From Ignisphaera sp. (GTDB taxonomy: Archaea > Thermoproteota > Thermoprotei_A > Sulfolobales > Ignisphaeraceae), in NCBI GenBank assembly GCA_038889075.1, contig JAWAHS010000002.1, positions 108,930-172,929 of the forward strand: a stretch of DNA of 64,000 nt, in the 5' to 3' direction. Position numbers and translations under genes: made by a program. Below, piece by piece: positions 29,158 through 38,173 of this stretch (position 1 is its first letter; each line of letters opens with the position of its first letter). A model generated the notes under the pieces. That model ran no database searches. It saw nothing but the letters and a program-made list of their open reading frames with translations, and was not told the DNA's origin.

Positions 29158-29568
29158 TTGGTCTGGCTCAGTAAGAGGGAGATAGCATACTACCTAATAC
29201 TTAAAAAGAGATTTAATGGAAACGTATTCAATATTGGTGAAGCACTCGACGTGTTAATATTTTTTGGGTCAAAAAATATAGCCAAAAAAATTATAAAGAG
29301 ATTAAAATCAAAGGGATTTTTAGAGAGTGTGGGGATTGCGAGTTACAGAATTAGGGATGGGGAGGAGGTGCTTGTGAAACTTCTATCTAACTACATCTCA
29401 GAAAGGCTGTATAGAAACCTAAAGTTGAGAGGATATGGTGTATCGCTCAATAAATTAGAAGGGTACAATGTTATAGAAGTAAATAAATGTGATAGCAATG
29501 TTTTTACAATGTTGGATGTAGTTAGAGAACTTGGCATAGAAATGAGATGTATCGATTGGAAAGGGTAA
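29158..29568 (+). CDS. hypothetical winged-helix protein
   Basis: K.I.RL.SKGFL...G...YRI wHTH-like pattern; TTG start directly after the sRNA D box. Confidence 0.65.
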   Translation: MVWLSKREIAYYLILKKRFNGNVFNIGEALDVLIFFGSKNIAKKIIKRLKSKGFLESVGIASYRIRDGEEVLVKLLSNYISERLYRNLKLRGYGVSLNKLEGYNVIEVNKCDSNVFTMLDVVRELGIEMRCIDWKG

Positions 29569-29612
29569 AAAACAGTAAAATCTATTTTATATCTATAGTC
29601 AGGTTCGCTACT

Positions 29613-29906
29613 TTACTCTTTTTTTGATATCACTATCTCTATTGTTGAAACTCTGCTTTGTCTACCATCACTGCTTGTTATTGATTGGCTTCCTATTGAA
29701 ACTCCTCTAACTTCTACCCTTCCCGGTAGGAATCTGTTTCTAACTATTTCAATGGCATCAACGGCTTTGCTTATAGCTCTACCTCTAGCTTTTACTACTA
29801 TCTCACTTACTCCTTGATTTAGTAATGTCAGTATTGCTAATACGTAGTTCATTACAGGCTTCTTACCTACTAGTACGGTATTTGCTGCAGATGGTGTTTG
29901 GGACAT
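29613..29906 (-). CDS. albA: chromatin protein Alba
   Basis: [34 protein letters not shown]. Confidence 0.98.
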   Translation of the reverse strand: MSQTPSAANTVLVGKKPVMNYVLAILTLLNQGVSEIVVKARGRAISKAVDAIEIVRNRFLPGRVEVRGVSIGSQSITSSDGRQSRVSTIEIVISKKE

Positions 29907-30040
29907 TTCTTACACCTTTTGCTGAGGTTTTAGTTTTCTAAGGATAGTGTAAAATGGGTCTAGAATAAAAGTTTATCGCATGCATATCTGATGAGTTTTA
30001 CGTCTTTTGAATAATCTGCATAGCCATTTAAAGATTAAAG

Positions 30041-33000
30041 ATGGGTAATAGTATAATGATTGTAGCATACAGACATGGATGCCCTGTGTGCGGAGGATAT
30101 ATAACTAATGAGGAGTTGGCTATCGGAAGGTGTAGTAGATGCAACTCCGATTTAGGCACAAGTAATATAGGCGAACGGCTATTACAGATTTTAATTAAGG
30201 AAGTGGAAAATTTTGAAAACTTCTTTACTGCGGTAACAGGTTTTAAGCCCTTACCTCTTCAAGTGTATTGGATTAAAAGACTCCTCTTTGGCGATTCCTT
30301 TGCATTAATAGCTCCTACGGGAATAGGCAAATCAACACTACTAGCTATATATGCATTATACCGTGCGTACTTCTATGGAAATAAAGTCTATATAATAACA
30401 CCTACAAGAGAGATAGCAAAGCAATTCTATACAAGGATATGTGGCTATATTGAAAATATGCGCAGGTATGGATATATTTCAGATAAAATTAGAATTGTTT
30501 TCTACGACTCAACGGCAAAGAATACCTCTGAACTTAAGGATGCCGTTAAGGATGGTGTATTCGATATTTTAATAACCTCTGCAGCATTTTTATCGAGATA
30601 CCATACTGTGATCACTGATAAGAAAATAGATATCGTTATAGCCGACGATCTAGATTCTATTCTAAAAAATTCTAAAAATATTGATAGACTGCTAAGATTG
30701 CTAGGATTTACTGATACCGTTATAGAAAAGTGTATAAAACTGGTAAAGATGAAGCAGAATCTGATTGTCGCTAAGGCATCAAAGAAGCCTGAAATTGTTG
30801 AAGAATTGAGAAATACCATTATGGGTCTTGAAGCTGAAGTAAAGAATGAGATATCAAAGAGGGCAACTCAGCTAGTAGTAGCATCTGCCACGGGTAGAGC
30901 AAGAGGATTGAAATCCCATGTTCTAAGAGAGCTGCTAGGATTTGACACGGGTGCTATGTTTGAATACTGGAGAAATATTGAGGATCTGTATTCGTACATT
31001 GATTCAGAAATGTATACAAGGATTCTGGAAATAGTGAAGAATGCTAATAGTGGAATAATATTCTATTCAAATATGTACAAAGAGTATGTTGACAATCTGT
31101 GCGAAGAATTTGCTAAAAATGGCATAAAATTCGCTATAGCGAAAAGCGGTAATAGAGCCGTTGATAAATTTCGTAGTGGAGAAATCAATGTAGTAGTCGG
31201 ACCAGCATCATACTACGGCATACTTGTTAGAGGACTTGATGAACCTCTGAGAGTTAGGTTTACAATATTTATTGGTATTCCTCAAATAGTACGGGACCTC
31301 TATGAAAGTCTAAATAATATAAGATTTATGTATATCGTCCTTAGAAAGCTGGAAGAGATAGGGATAGAATTATCTACATTACGTAATCAGCTAATCGAAA
31401 TTATCCAAAAGAGCACACCAGCACTCCTCATAGTCTATTCAAAACTTCTAAAAAATCCCATTAATATTCCTCAAGACCTTGCTAACAACATACGTGTGCT
31501 CCAGCATATAAAGGAACGTCTGTATGAGGAAGTAAGGAGACAGGTTAATGTAAACGGTAAACTAGTTATAGATGGGTATTGTATAATAGTAGAGCATGGA
31601 GGTAAATTAATGGTGGTGAAACCTGATCCATATACATATGTACAGGCAAGTGGAAGGGCTTCGAGACTTTTTAATGGCTATAAAACATTTGGTCTTTCCA
31701 TAGTTTTTGAAAAGTATAAGGAACTCATAGATATTCTTGAATACAGATTGAAACGTTTAGTCAACTTTAATGGATTTAGAGAACTCGATATGAAAAATAT
31801 TGAAGAATGCATTTGTAAAATAGTAGAGTCTAGAATTCACCGTAATAGTAGTGATATTAGAGGTGGCATCTCTACAGCACTTATAGTTGTTGAGTCGCCT
31901 ACAAAAGCAAAGACTATAGCATCAATGTTCGGAAAGCCTGCAAAGAGAATCTTTAATGATGTAATTGTATATGAAACCATCGTTCCCATTGATATGGATA
32001 GGGTTTATATTGCTATGGTTACGGCAACACTTGGACACATGGTTGATCTGGTTACCGATGAAGGATTCCATGGTGTTAAAACCGAACAGGGTAAGTACAT
32101 CCCTATATATGACTTTATAGCTAGGTGTAGAAATTGTGGATATCAACATGTTGGAGTATACGACTCATGTCCATACTGCGGTTCTCTGAATATATTTGTA
32201 AGTTCATCGGTATACAACGTTTTAAAGAAGCTAGCCCTGGAGGTTGATAAAATATTTATTGCTAGCGATCCCGATACTGAGGGTGAAAAGATAGCTTTTG
32301 ATGTGAAATCACTCCTTCTACCATACAATAAAAATGTGTATAGAATAGAATTTAGAGAGGTTACAAGGAGCGCATTTCTAGAGAGTCTTAAGAATCATAG
32401 AGATGTAGATATCAAAAAAGTTGAGGCGCAAATAACGAGGAGGATAGCTGATAGGTGGATAGGATTTGAAGTAAGTTTATGGTTACAGAACTACTTTAAT
32501 AAACCTTGGCTTGGTGCTGGCAGGGTACAAACCCCTATACTACTATGGAATGTAGATAGGTACAGGGAGTATAGAGAGAAGCTAGGATATGTAGTGAAAT
32601 TTGATATAAATGGGTATACTGGAAGGCTATACCTAGGTAATATTGGTAGAGAGTATGTTGAGAGGATAGTGTCTATCATCAATGAAAAGGGATTTGAAGT
32701 AGAGAATGTTAAGGTATACGAGAAGATTATACCACCACCACCTCCATATACAACAGATACACTATTGAGTGATGCTAGCAACTTTCTAACCTTTTCAGCT
32801 TCGAAAACCATGTCGATAGCACAGACGCTATTTGAATTAGGTTTTATAACCTATCATAGAACCGATTCAACGAGGGTCTCGCCCATAGGGATAGCAATAG
32901 CCAGAGAGGTGCTTAGTAGGGCTGGTATGATACAGCAGTTCACTCCAAGGACCTGGGATAGGGCTATAGAGGGGGAGAATGCACACGAAGCTATAAGGCC

Positions 33001-33718
33001 AACCAATCCCTACACCCCTGATGAGCTTATAGAGATGGCGGTACGGGGCGAGGTGGGAATCATTGTAAATATTGGTAAGGAGCATATCAAACTCTATGAC
33101 CTGATATTTAGACGTTTTATAGCGAGCCAAATGAGCCATGCAAAAATTAGATTTATGAGTGCTACTCTTAAGATTGATAGATATAGCGTGGATGTGGAGG
33201 TACCAGTAGAGATTATTGAAGAAGGATTCACTAAGGTATATAGAATAGTATACCTATTTCCTCAGTTAAAGGAATTATTAAATGTAGGAAGTATAAAACC
33301 TTCCTCAATTACTGTAACTAAGGGTTCTGATAGGGGATTGTACAGGGTTTCGGATTTGATTAGATTACTTAAGGAACATGGTATAGGGAGACCCAGTACT
33401 TATGCAAAAGCCATAGACAATAATATTAGACACGGTTATATAATACTAAGTAAGAGGAAGAAGGTAGCTATACCTACTAAACTTGGAATCGAAGTATCGG
33501 ATATAATAAGGGAGCACTTCGAAAATATTGTTGGAGCTAATGCTACACGAGATCTTGAGAAACTCATAGACTATGTTGAAGAAGGATCGATGGAGATCTA
33601 CGAGGCTCTTAACCGGATTAAAAGTGTCGTCGATGCTGTACAATCAGCAACTAGCATACAATCCTTAGCAGGATTGAATACCAGCACAGATTTAGCTTTA
33701 ATTACCTCGGTACAGTGA
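30041..33718 (+). CDS. rgy: reverse gyrase
   Basis: N-terminal Zn finger, APTGIGKS, DDLD, QASGRASR, VESPTKA, DPDTEGE, catalytic ITYHRTDS, AHEAIRP, GIGRPSTYA. Confidence 0.97.
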   Translation: MGNSIMIVAYRHGCPVCGGYITNEELAIGRCSRCNSDLGTSNIGERLLQILIKEVENFENFFTAVTGFKPLPLQVYWIKRLLFGDSFALIAPTGIGKSTLLAIYALYRAYFYGNKVYIITPTREIAKQFYTRICGYIENMRRYGYISDKIRIVFYDSTAKNTSELKDAVKDGVFDILITSAAFLSRYHTVITDKKIDIVIADDLDSILKNSKNIDRLLRLLGFTDTVIEKCIKLVKMKQNLIVAKASKKPEIVEELRNTIMGLEAEVKNEISKRATQLVVASATGRARGLKSHVLRELLGFDTGAMFEYWRNIEDLYSYIDSEMYTRILEIVKNANSGIIFYSNMYKEYVDNLCEEFAKNGIKFAIAKSGNRAVDKFRSGEINVVVGPASYYGILVRGLDEPLRVRFTIFIGIPQIVRDLYESLNNIRFMYIVLRKLEEIGIELSTLRNQLIEIIQKSTPALLIVYSKLLKNPINIPQDLANNIRVLQHIKERLYEEVRRQVNVNGKLVIDGYCIIVEHGGKLMVVKPDPYTYVQASGRASRLFNGYKTFGLSIVFEKYKELIDILEYRLKRLVNFNGFRELDMKNIEECICKIVESRIHRNSSDIRGGISTALIVVESPTKAKTIASMFGKPAKRIFNDVIVYETIVPIDMDRVYIAMVTATLGHMVDLVTDEGFHGVKTEQGKYIPIYDFIARCRNCGYQHVGVYDSCPYCGSLNIFVSSSVYNVLKKLALEVDKIFIASDPDTEGEKIAFDVKSLLLPYNKNVYRIEFREVTRSAFLESLKNHRDVDIKKVEAQITRRIADRWIGFEVSLWLQNYFNKPWLGAGRVQTPILLWNVDRYREYREKLGYVVKFDINGYTGRLYLGNIGREYVERIVSIINEKGFEVENVKVYEKIIPPPPPYTTDTLLSDASNFLTFSASKTMSIAQTLFELGFITYHRTDSTRVSPIGIAIAREVLSRAGMIQQFTPRTWDRAIEGENAHEAIRPTNPYTPDELIEMAVRGEVGIIVNIGKEHIKLYDLIFRRFIASQMSHAKIRFMSATLKIDRYSVDVEVPVEIIEEGFTKVYRIVYLFPQLKELLNVGSIKPSSITVTKGSDRGLYRVSDLIRLLKEHGIGRPSTYAKAIDNNIRHGYIILSKRKKVAIPTKLGIEVSDIIREHFENIVGANATRDLEKLIDYVEEGSMEIYEALNRIKSVVDAVQSATSIQSLAGLNTSTDLALITSVQ

Positions 33719-33789
33719 ACCTTAGTCCACAGTTGAAAGCCTGCCCTCTGAGGCTGGAGGAGATAGGATATAGGGGAACATTTCAATAA

Positions 33790-34080
33790 CTATGATTTCT
33801 GTATGGATATTTTTATATATGAAATCCTGCGACCCTTAATTAGTTGGCTACCTATCTCAACATTTCTAAGTGTAATTCTATCTCCAAGTCTTGTTAGTAG
33901 TATGTTATAGAGTGTTACGGCTCTGGAGATGTGCCTCCCTCTTCCAAGAATTTCTATAGAATTAACATCTCTATTCAGATTAACTATTGCTTCAAGGAGA
34001 TAATCTCTTAACGGTCTATTACCTAAAACTATAGTTCTCGTAGAGTCCTCAGATCGAAAGCTCAAATCCTTCAACCTCAT
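33790..34080 (-). CDS. Alba paralogue (Alba2-like)
   Basis: I.LG.RP..DY, GRGRHISRAV, VEIGS, ISYIKI. Confidence 0.85.
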   Translation of the reverse strand: MRLKDLSFRSEDSTRTIVLGNRPLRDYLLEAIVNLNRDVNSIEILGRGRHISRAVTLYNILLTRLGDRITLRNVEIGSQLIKGRRISYIKISIQKS

Positions 34081-34332
34081 AATAGATTTAGCTCTTCACT
34101 GACTATTAAGTAGATATGATAATATATGAGAATATAAGTGTTATGGACAGTGACGTAGATGATCTGGTAAAAGGATTGGCTGTGGTCATCTTCTAGGTGC
34201 AGTAAAATGGTAGGCATACTCAATTCTAGCCCTAGGTATACAATCAATGAGTACAGCATTTCTAGGGTATGCAGCTACCTAGTATTATAGTGACATCACA
34301 TTATATATTTACAGCTACATTTGGGCAAAACT

Positions 34333-36096
34333 ATGGTTAGATACATAGAGGGTAAGAAAATCTCGAGTAGATATAGTATTGATATGAGAATTTACAGGGA
34401 ATATATTGTAGAACTCATAATCACTTTAGTAGTATTGATAGGTGAAACCTTAGCTATAGTATTGAATATAGATAGATTTAAAATTGCTTCACTATATGAA
34501 TTGGCTTCAAATCCTGTTAAACTCATTGTTTATACAGCATACGTCTTGAGTATAGTTATCGTTCCTATCCTTGTGATGCTGAGTTTTAATGCTGCTAAAG
34601 AATTGGTAGAGATATATAGAAGATTTAGTTTAAAGAGTTTAAGTAATGTTAACGTTAATTGGATAAGAAGAAATATATGGCTGGTGCCGGTATTAACGGT
34701 ACTGTCATTCACCTCAATTTTATTTGGTATCATCACAAATTACCGTTACATAGTACTATTCTCATTGATGCCTCTACTTCCACTCACTATAGTGATTTTG
34801 AAGCCTATTATAGAGGTGTACAACCATAGAAGATCAATCGATATTGAATTGAAATGGTTTCTAATAATGCTATCGATCATTGAGGGTATAGGTACTAATA
34901 TAGGGTTTTTAATTGAGAAATTAAAAAGAGCTCCCATTTTAAAATCTATAGCAAAGGAAATGATTGTAATAGATAGAGATTCTAAGATCTACTTTCTATC
35001 CCACATAGATGCGATGCTATATAGGGCGAGAGCCACCCCCAATGAGAAGCTCGGAAGAATTTTCATGGGATATGCATCCAAAGTTAGAGAGGGTGGCAAT
35101 GTGTCAGCATGGCTTAAAACTAGAATTGATGAAGAGATTCTAGGAAGCGAATTTAGTATGAAGCTATATGTTGAACGAATGGCCATAACTATAAGTCAGA
35201 TAGCACTGGTTATCTATGTCATTCTTCCACTAATCATGGTCTCTACTTCAATGGTTCTAAACATTCAGTTTGCAATAGTAATTGCAGTTCTAGCGACTCC
35301 TTTCCTTATATCAATTACCTATTCAATAAGACCTAAGACACTGGATGTCATACCTATAAAATATATAGTGCAACCGGTAATAGTATACATAGTACTTTCA
35401 ATTATTCTATATAACATCATACCAGGTTACTCCCTACTACTCTCATGGATTGTAGGGCTTGTGGTTGGCTATAGAACATATAGAATGGTGAAGGATGTAG
35501 AGGGTCTCGATAGAGATTCGCTGGAAATTTTAAAGAATGTTATAGAGCTTAGAAGAAGTGGATACAGCATTATAAAAGCATTGGAGTATATAAAGCAAAA
35601 CAACATATTGGACAAGGCGACATTAAGGAATCTCGAAATAGTATTGAATAGAGTGGTCCAAGGAAACTCGTTGGCAGAGATAGGAGCAAAAATCCAATCA
35701 CCATCATTTCTATTTCGATATGTAGTATTCATTTTAGGAGTTATCCACGAGTGTGGAGGAGGAGATGATGAAGTGCTTCGATCACTATATGAAAGCATTT
35801 ACAGGATAAAAATCATGGAGAATAACGTTAAAAAATTATCACTATTCTTTGAGATACTGTCAATAGTGAATGTATTTATTATGGTATGGATCTGGAGAAC
35901 AGTCTCCCCCCTAGTAATGGCATTAAATACATACTTGCTAGGAGATATAGGCGCTTCCTCGATTCCAATTCTCATACTTATATCGCTGATATGTTTCAAG
36001 TTCATCTCATCAGTTATTAAGAGGGGGTTGCCGATATTTGAACCGAGAGATTGTATAGCAATAGCTATAGGAGCTATAGCTGTAAATCTAATTTAA
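34333..36096 (+). CDS. type IV pilus/T2SS F-type (TadC/ArlJ-like) membrane platform protein; start uncertain
   Basis: Two cytoplasmic domains (..REGG..; RRSGYS..KAL...QG.S) each followed by about three TM helices; pilin directly downstream. Confidence 0.7.
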   Translation: MVRYIEGKKISSRYSIDMRIYREYIVELIITLVVLIGETLAIVLNIDRFKIASLYELASNPVKLIVYTAYVLSIVIVPILVMLSFNAAKELVEIYRRFSLKSLSNVNVNWIRRNIWLVPVLTVLSFTSILFGIITNYRYIVLFSLMPLLPLTIVILKPIIEVYNHRRSIDIELKWFLIMLSIIEGIGTNIGFLIEKLKRAPILKSIAKEMIVIDRDSKIYFLSHIDAMLYRARATPNEKLGRIFMGYASKVREGGNVSAWLKTRIDEEILGSEFSMKLYVERMAITISQIALVIYVILPLIMVSTSMVLNIQFAIVIAVLATPFLISITYSIRPKTLDVIPIKYIVQPVIVYIVLSIILYNIIPGYSLLLSWIVGLVVGYRTYRMVKDVEGLDRDSLEILKNVIELRRSGYSIIKALEYIKQNNILDKATLRNLEIVLNRVVQGNSLAEIGAKIQSPSFLFRYVVFILGVIHECGGGDDEVLRSLYESIYRIKIMENNVKKLSLFFEILSIVNVFIMVWIWRTVSPLVMALNTYLLGDIGASSIPILILISLICFKFISSVIKRGLPIFEPRDCIAIAIGAIAVNLI

Positions 36097-36151
36097 GTAA
36101 AACGTAATACATCTACACACTTTAAAAATCTAGGGATATCCTGGGGAGAAA

Positions 36152-36649
36152 ATGGCAGAGTACATATCTTTGAAGAGAATTACTACTAGAGCGATGAGTG
36201 AGCTACTAGCTTTAGTACTAGGTATAGCAATAACGGTGGCTGTAGGAATGACGCTCTACACATTCATACCAAACTATCTAACTTCAATGCAGCAACAACA
36301 GAAAATAGCCCTAGTAGTCCACGACGTCTTTTCGGTAAGTAGCAGTGAAGCTATATTAACACTATCTATAAGAAATCTTGGTACAAAGGAGGTAAAGGCA
36401 GTAAATATAACCATGCTATCGCCCGTAAATTTAAATGTCGAGTTAATAGCGCCTAGCATCAAGTATAAGGTAGTAAACTCTACGCTAGGAATAGATAAGC
36501 TGGGTTTGCCTCCAGGACATGAAAGCATACTAACAATTCGATTGAAGGGAAGCGATATAAGCGTCGGATCCAAGGTTGTCATAACAGTCTCAGCCAACTA
36601 TATAGATGGTAGTACAGCATCGGCATCGGTACAAGCTCTCATAGTCTAA
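36152..36649 (+). CDS. archaeal type IV pilin
   Basis: Class III signal peptide KRITTRA|MSELLALVLGIAITVAVG; IRN.G motif; beta-rich C-terminal domain. Confidence 0.82.
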   Translation: MAEYISLKRITTRAMSELLALVLGIAITVAVGMTLYTFIPNYLTSMQQQQKIALVVHDVFSVSSSEAILTLSIRNLGTKEVKAVNITMLSPVNLNVELIAPSIKYKVVNSTLGIDKLGLPPGHESILTIRLKGSDISVGSKVVITVSANYIDGSTASASVQALIV

Positions 36650-36714
36650 TCATGATAAAATATCTAGGTAGACCAATGTTTTTTTATATTACGGCATTGC
36701 TATATTTCATGTTC

Positions 36715-36730
36715 AAGAAAAGTTTATAAA
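36715..36730 (+). promoter_or_regulatory. BRE/TATA promoter of tRNA-Tyr
   Basis: Purine-rich AAGAAAAG followed by TTTATAAA, ending 28 nt before the mature tRNA start. Confidence 0.75.
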
Positions 36731-36757
36731 ACTAGATAGCCTCTTCCTACAATAGAT

Positions 36758-36847
36758 CCCGCCGTAGCTCAGCGGCAGAGCGCCCGGCTGTAGTGGGGCA
36801 GGGCTGTAGATACCGGGTGGTCGGGGGTTCAAGTCCCCCCGGCGGGA
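36758..36847 (+). tRNA. tRNA-Tyr(GTA) with an 18-nt intron at 37/38 (36794-36811)
   Basis: Acceptor CCCGCCG/CGGCGGG+A; D arm GCTC..GAGC; anticodon stem CCCGG/CCGGG with CTGTAG; T loop GGTTCAAGTCC; BHB-compatible junctions; CCA not encoded. Confidence 0.96.
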
Positions 36848-37044
36848 TTTTAAATCTCCATCGTATTTCACTCTGATCACCATGTTATTAGAAATTTGTT
36901 TAAAATCATTTCTGATCATATAACATTTCCAATTCTGAAAGAACTACCATTTCTTTGAATAATTTACTAGTAAACTATCTAAATGAAACTCAGTTATCAA
37001 GAGATTAAAATTTAGGAAGACAGATTATAATATACGAAGATTTA

Positions 37045-37101
37045 ATGATGATGGAGGTGATCTCAGACCCTCCTAGGGATGATGGAAGATCAACCATCTG
37101 A
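37045..37101 (+). ncRNA. box C/D sRNA (guides match 16S rRNA 3' end and, weakly, 5' end)
   Basis: C ATGATGA 37045-37051; guide TGGAGGTGATCT; D' CAGA 37064-37067; CCCT-CCT-AGGG stem; C' ATGATGG 37079-37085; guide AAGATCAACCAT; D CTGA 37098-37101. Confidence 0.8.
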
Positions 37102-37155
37102 GGTAATTAGTCGAGTATACATTAGGGTCGCATAGATGAATTGTAACGGTATTTT

Positions 37156-37204
37156 TCAGACCATGAAAGTGTCATCATGTATCAGCTCCTGCCAGTAACA
37201 TCAT
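37156..37204 (-). ncRNA. box C/D sRNA, convergent with the one at 37045-37101
   Basis: Minus strand reads ATGATGT-TACTGGCAGGAG-CTGA-TAC-ATGATGA-CACTTTCATGGT-CTGA: near-canonical boxes and two 12-nt guides. Confidence 0.88.
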
Positions 37205-37485
37205 AAAAGCTTACGATCCAATACATCTACTACAATCTTGTCACTGTATTTGGATTTAAAAATTTTGTGCGACATCTCTTTCGATAAACTTACAGAGTGT
37301 TTGAATTTATCTAAGGCATATTATCAATGGTGTGAAATAGCAAATATTTAGTTATCCAATTTAATAATATAAGCTAATCAGTTAAATAATATCTCTACCT
37401 ATAGACCATGTGATATGGCATGTATAATATGTATAGGGGATGAGATGCTATCAGTATATAAGCCTCTTCTAAATAAAATATATCG

Positions 37486-38109
37486 TTGGTGATAGATGTG
37501 GGGCTCGTTAGGAGAACAGGTCCTGGAACAAAGTTGAAGGGTAGGAAGGTTGCTATAATAGTGGCAAATGAATTTGAAGATGTGGAGCTACTCTATCCAT
37601 TTCTAAGACTTAGCGAGGAAGGGGCTGAGGTAATAATCATGCCTGTTAAAACGGGTCTCCATCCACGGCCAGCAATTTCTGAAAAGCCTGTAACTGGTAG
37701 ATTTGGTACTCCGATACCGTTGATGGTGTTTGGAGAGGGTGAAAGGTATGTTATAAAGAGTTTGGATGAAGTTAAGCCTGGGGAAATAGACGCTCTAATA
37801 ATACCAGGAGGGTTCTCACCCGATTCACTACGTATAAATGAGAAAGTTCTAAGATTTGTAAAGGACGTATATGATGCAGGCAAGATAATTGCAGCCATAT
37901 GTCATGGACCGCAGGTACTAATTTCTGCAGGTCTTGTAAAGGGTAAGAAGGTTACTAGCTATAAGGCAGTAAAAGATGATCTAATAAATGCCGGTGCCAT
38001 GTTCGTTGACGAGCCAGCTGTAAGGGATGGTAATATAATTACCGGTAGGGTTCCCGATGATCTACCTGAATTTTGTCAGCTAATAATAGAAGCACTATCT
38101 TCAAAGTAG
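37486..38109 (+). CDS. pfpI: PfpI/DJ-1 family intracellular protease/deglycase; start may be GTG 37498
   Basis: FED.EL, LIIPGG.SPD.LR, AAICHGP, DGN.IT.R.P.DL. Confidence 0.92.
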   Translation: MVIDVGLVRRTGPGTKLKGRKVAIIVANEFEDVELLYPFLRLSEEGAEVIIMPVKTGLHPRPAISEKPVTGRFGTPIPLMVFGEGERYVIKSLDEVKPGEIDALIIPGGFSPDSLRINEKVLRFVKDVYDAGKIIAAICHGPQVLISAGLVKGKKVTSYKAVKDDLINAGAMFVDEPAVRDGNIITGRVPDDLPEFCQLIIEALSSK

Positions 38110-38173
38110 ATTGATGGTTGCTAACAACGTTTTTTAAATTATAATAATTCAAATTACGTTCTAGGTTATTGGT

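Noticed and set aside
29613-34080. Reverse gyrase flanked by two Alba genes as a novel system
   Set aside because: Linkage of alba genes with reverse gyrase is already known in Crenarchaeota such as Sulfolobus.
36713-36919. 68-aa minus-strand ORF
   Set aside because: It is the reverse complement of tRNA-Tyr.
36848-37485. Possible integrated element at the tRNA-Tyr 3' end
   Set aside because: No integrase and no duplicated tRNA fragment (att site) seen in the window; the gap is partly explained by two sRNAs.
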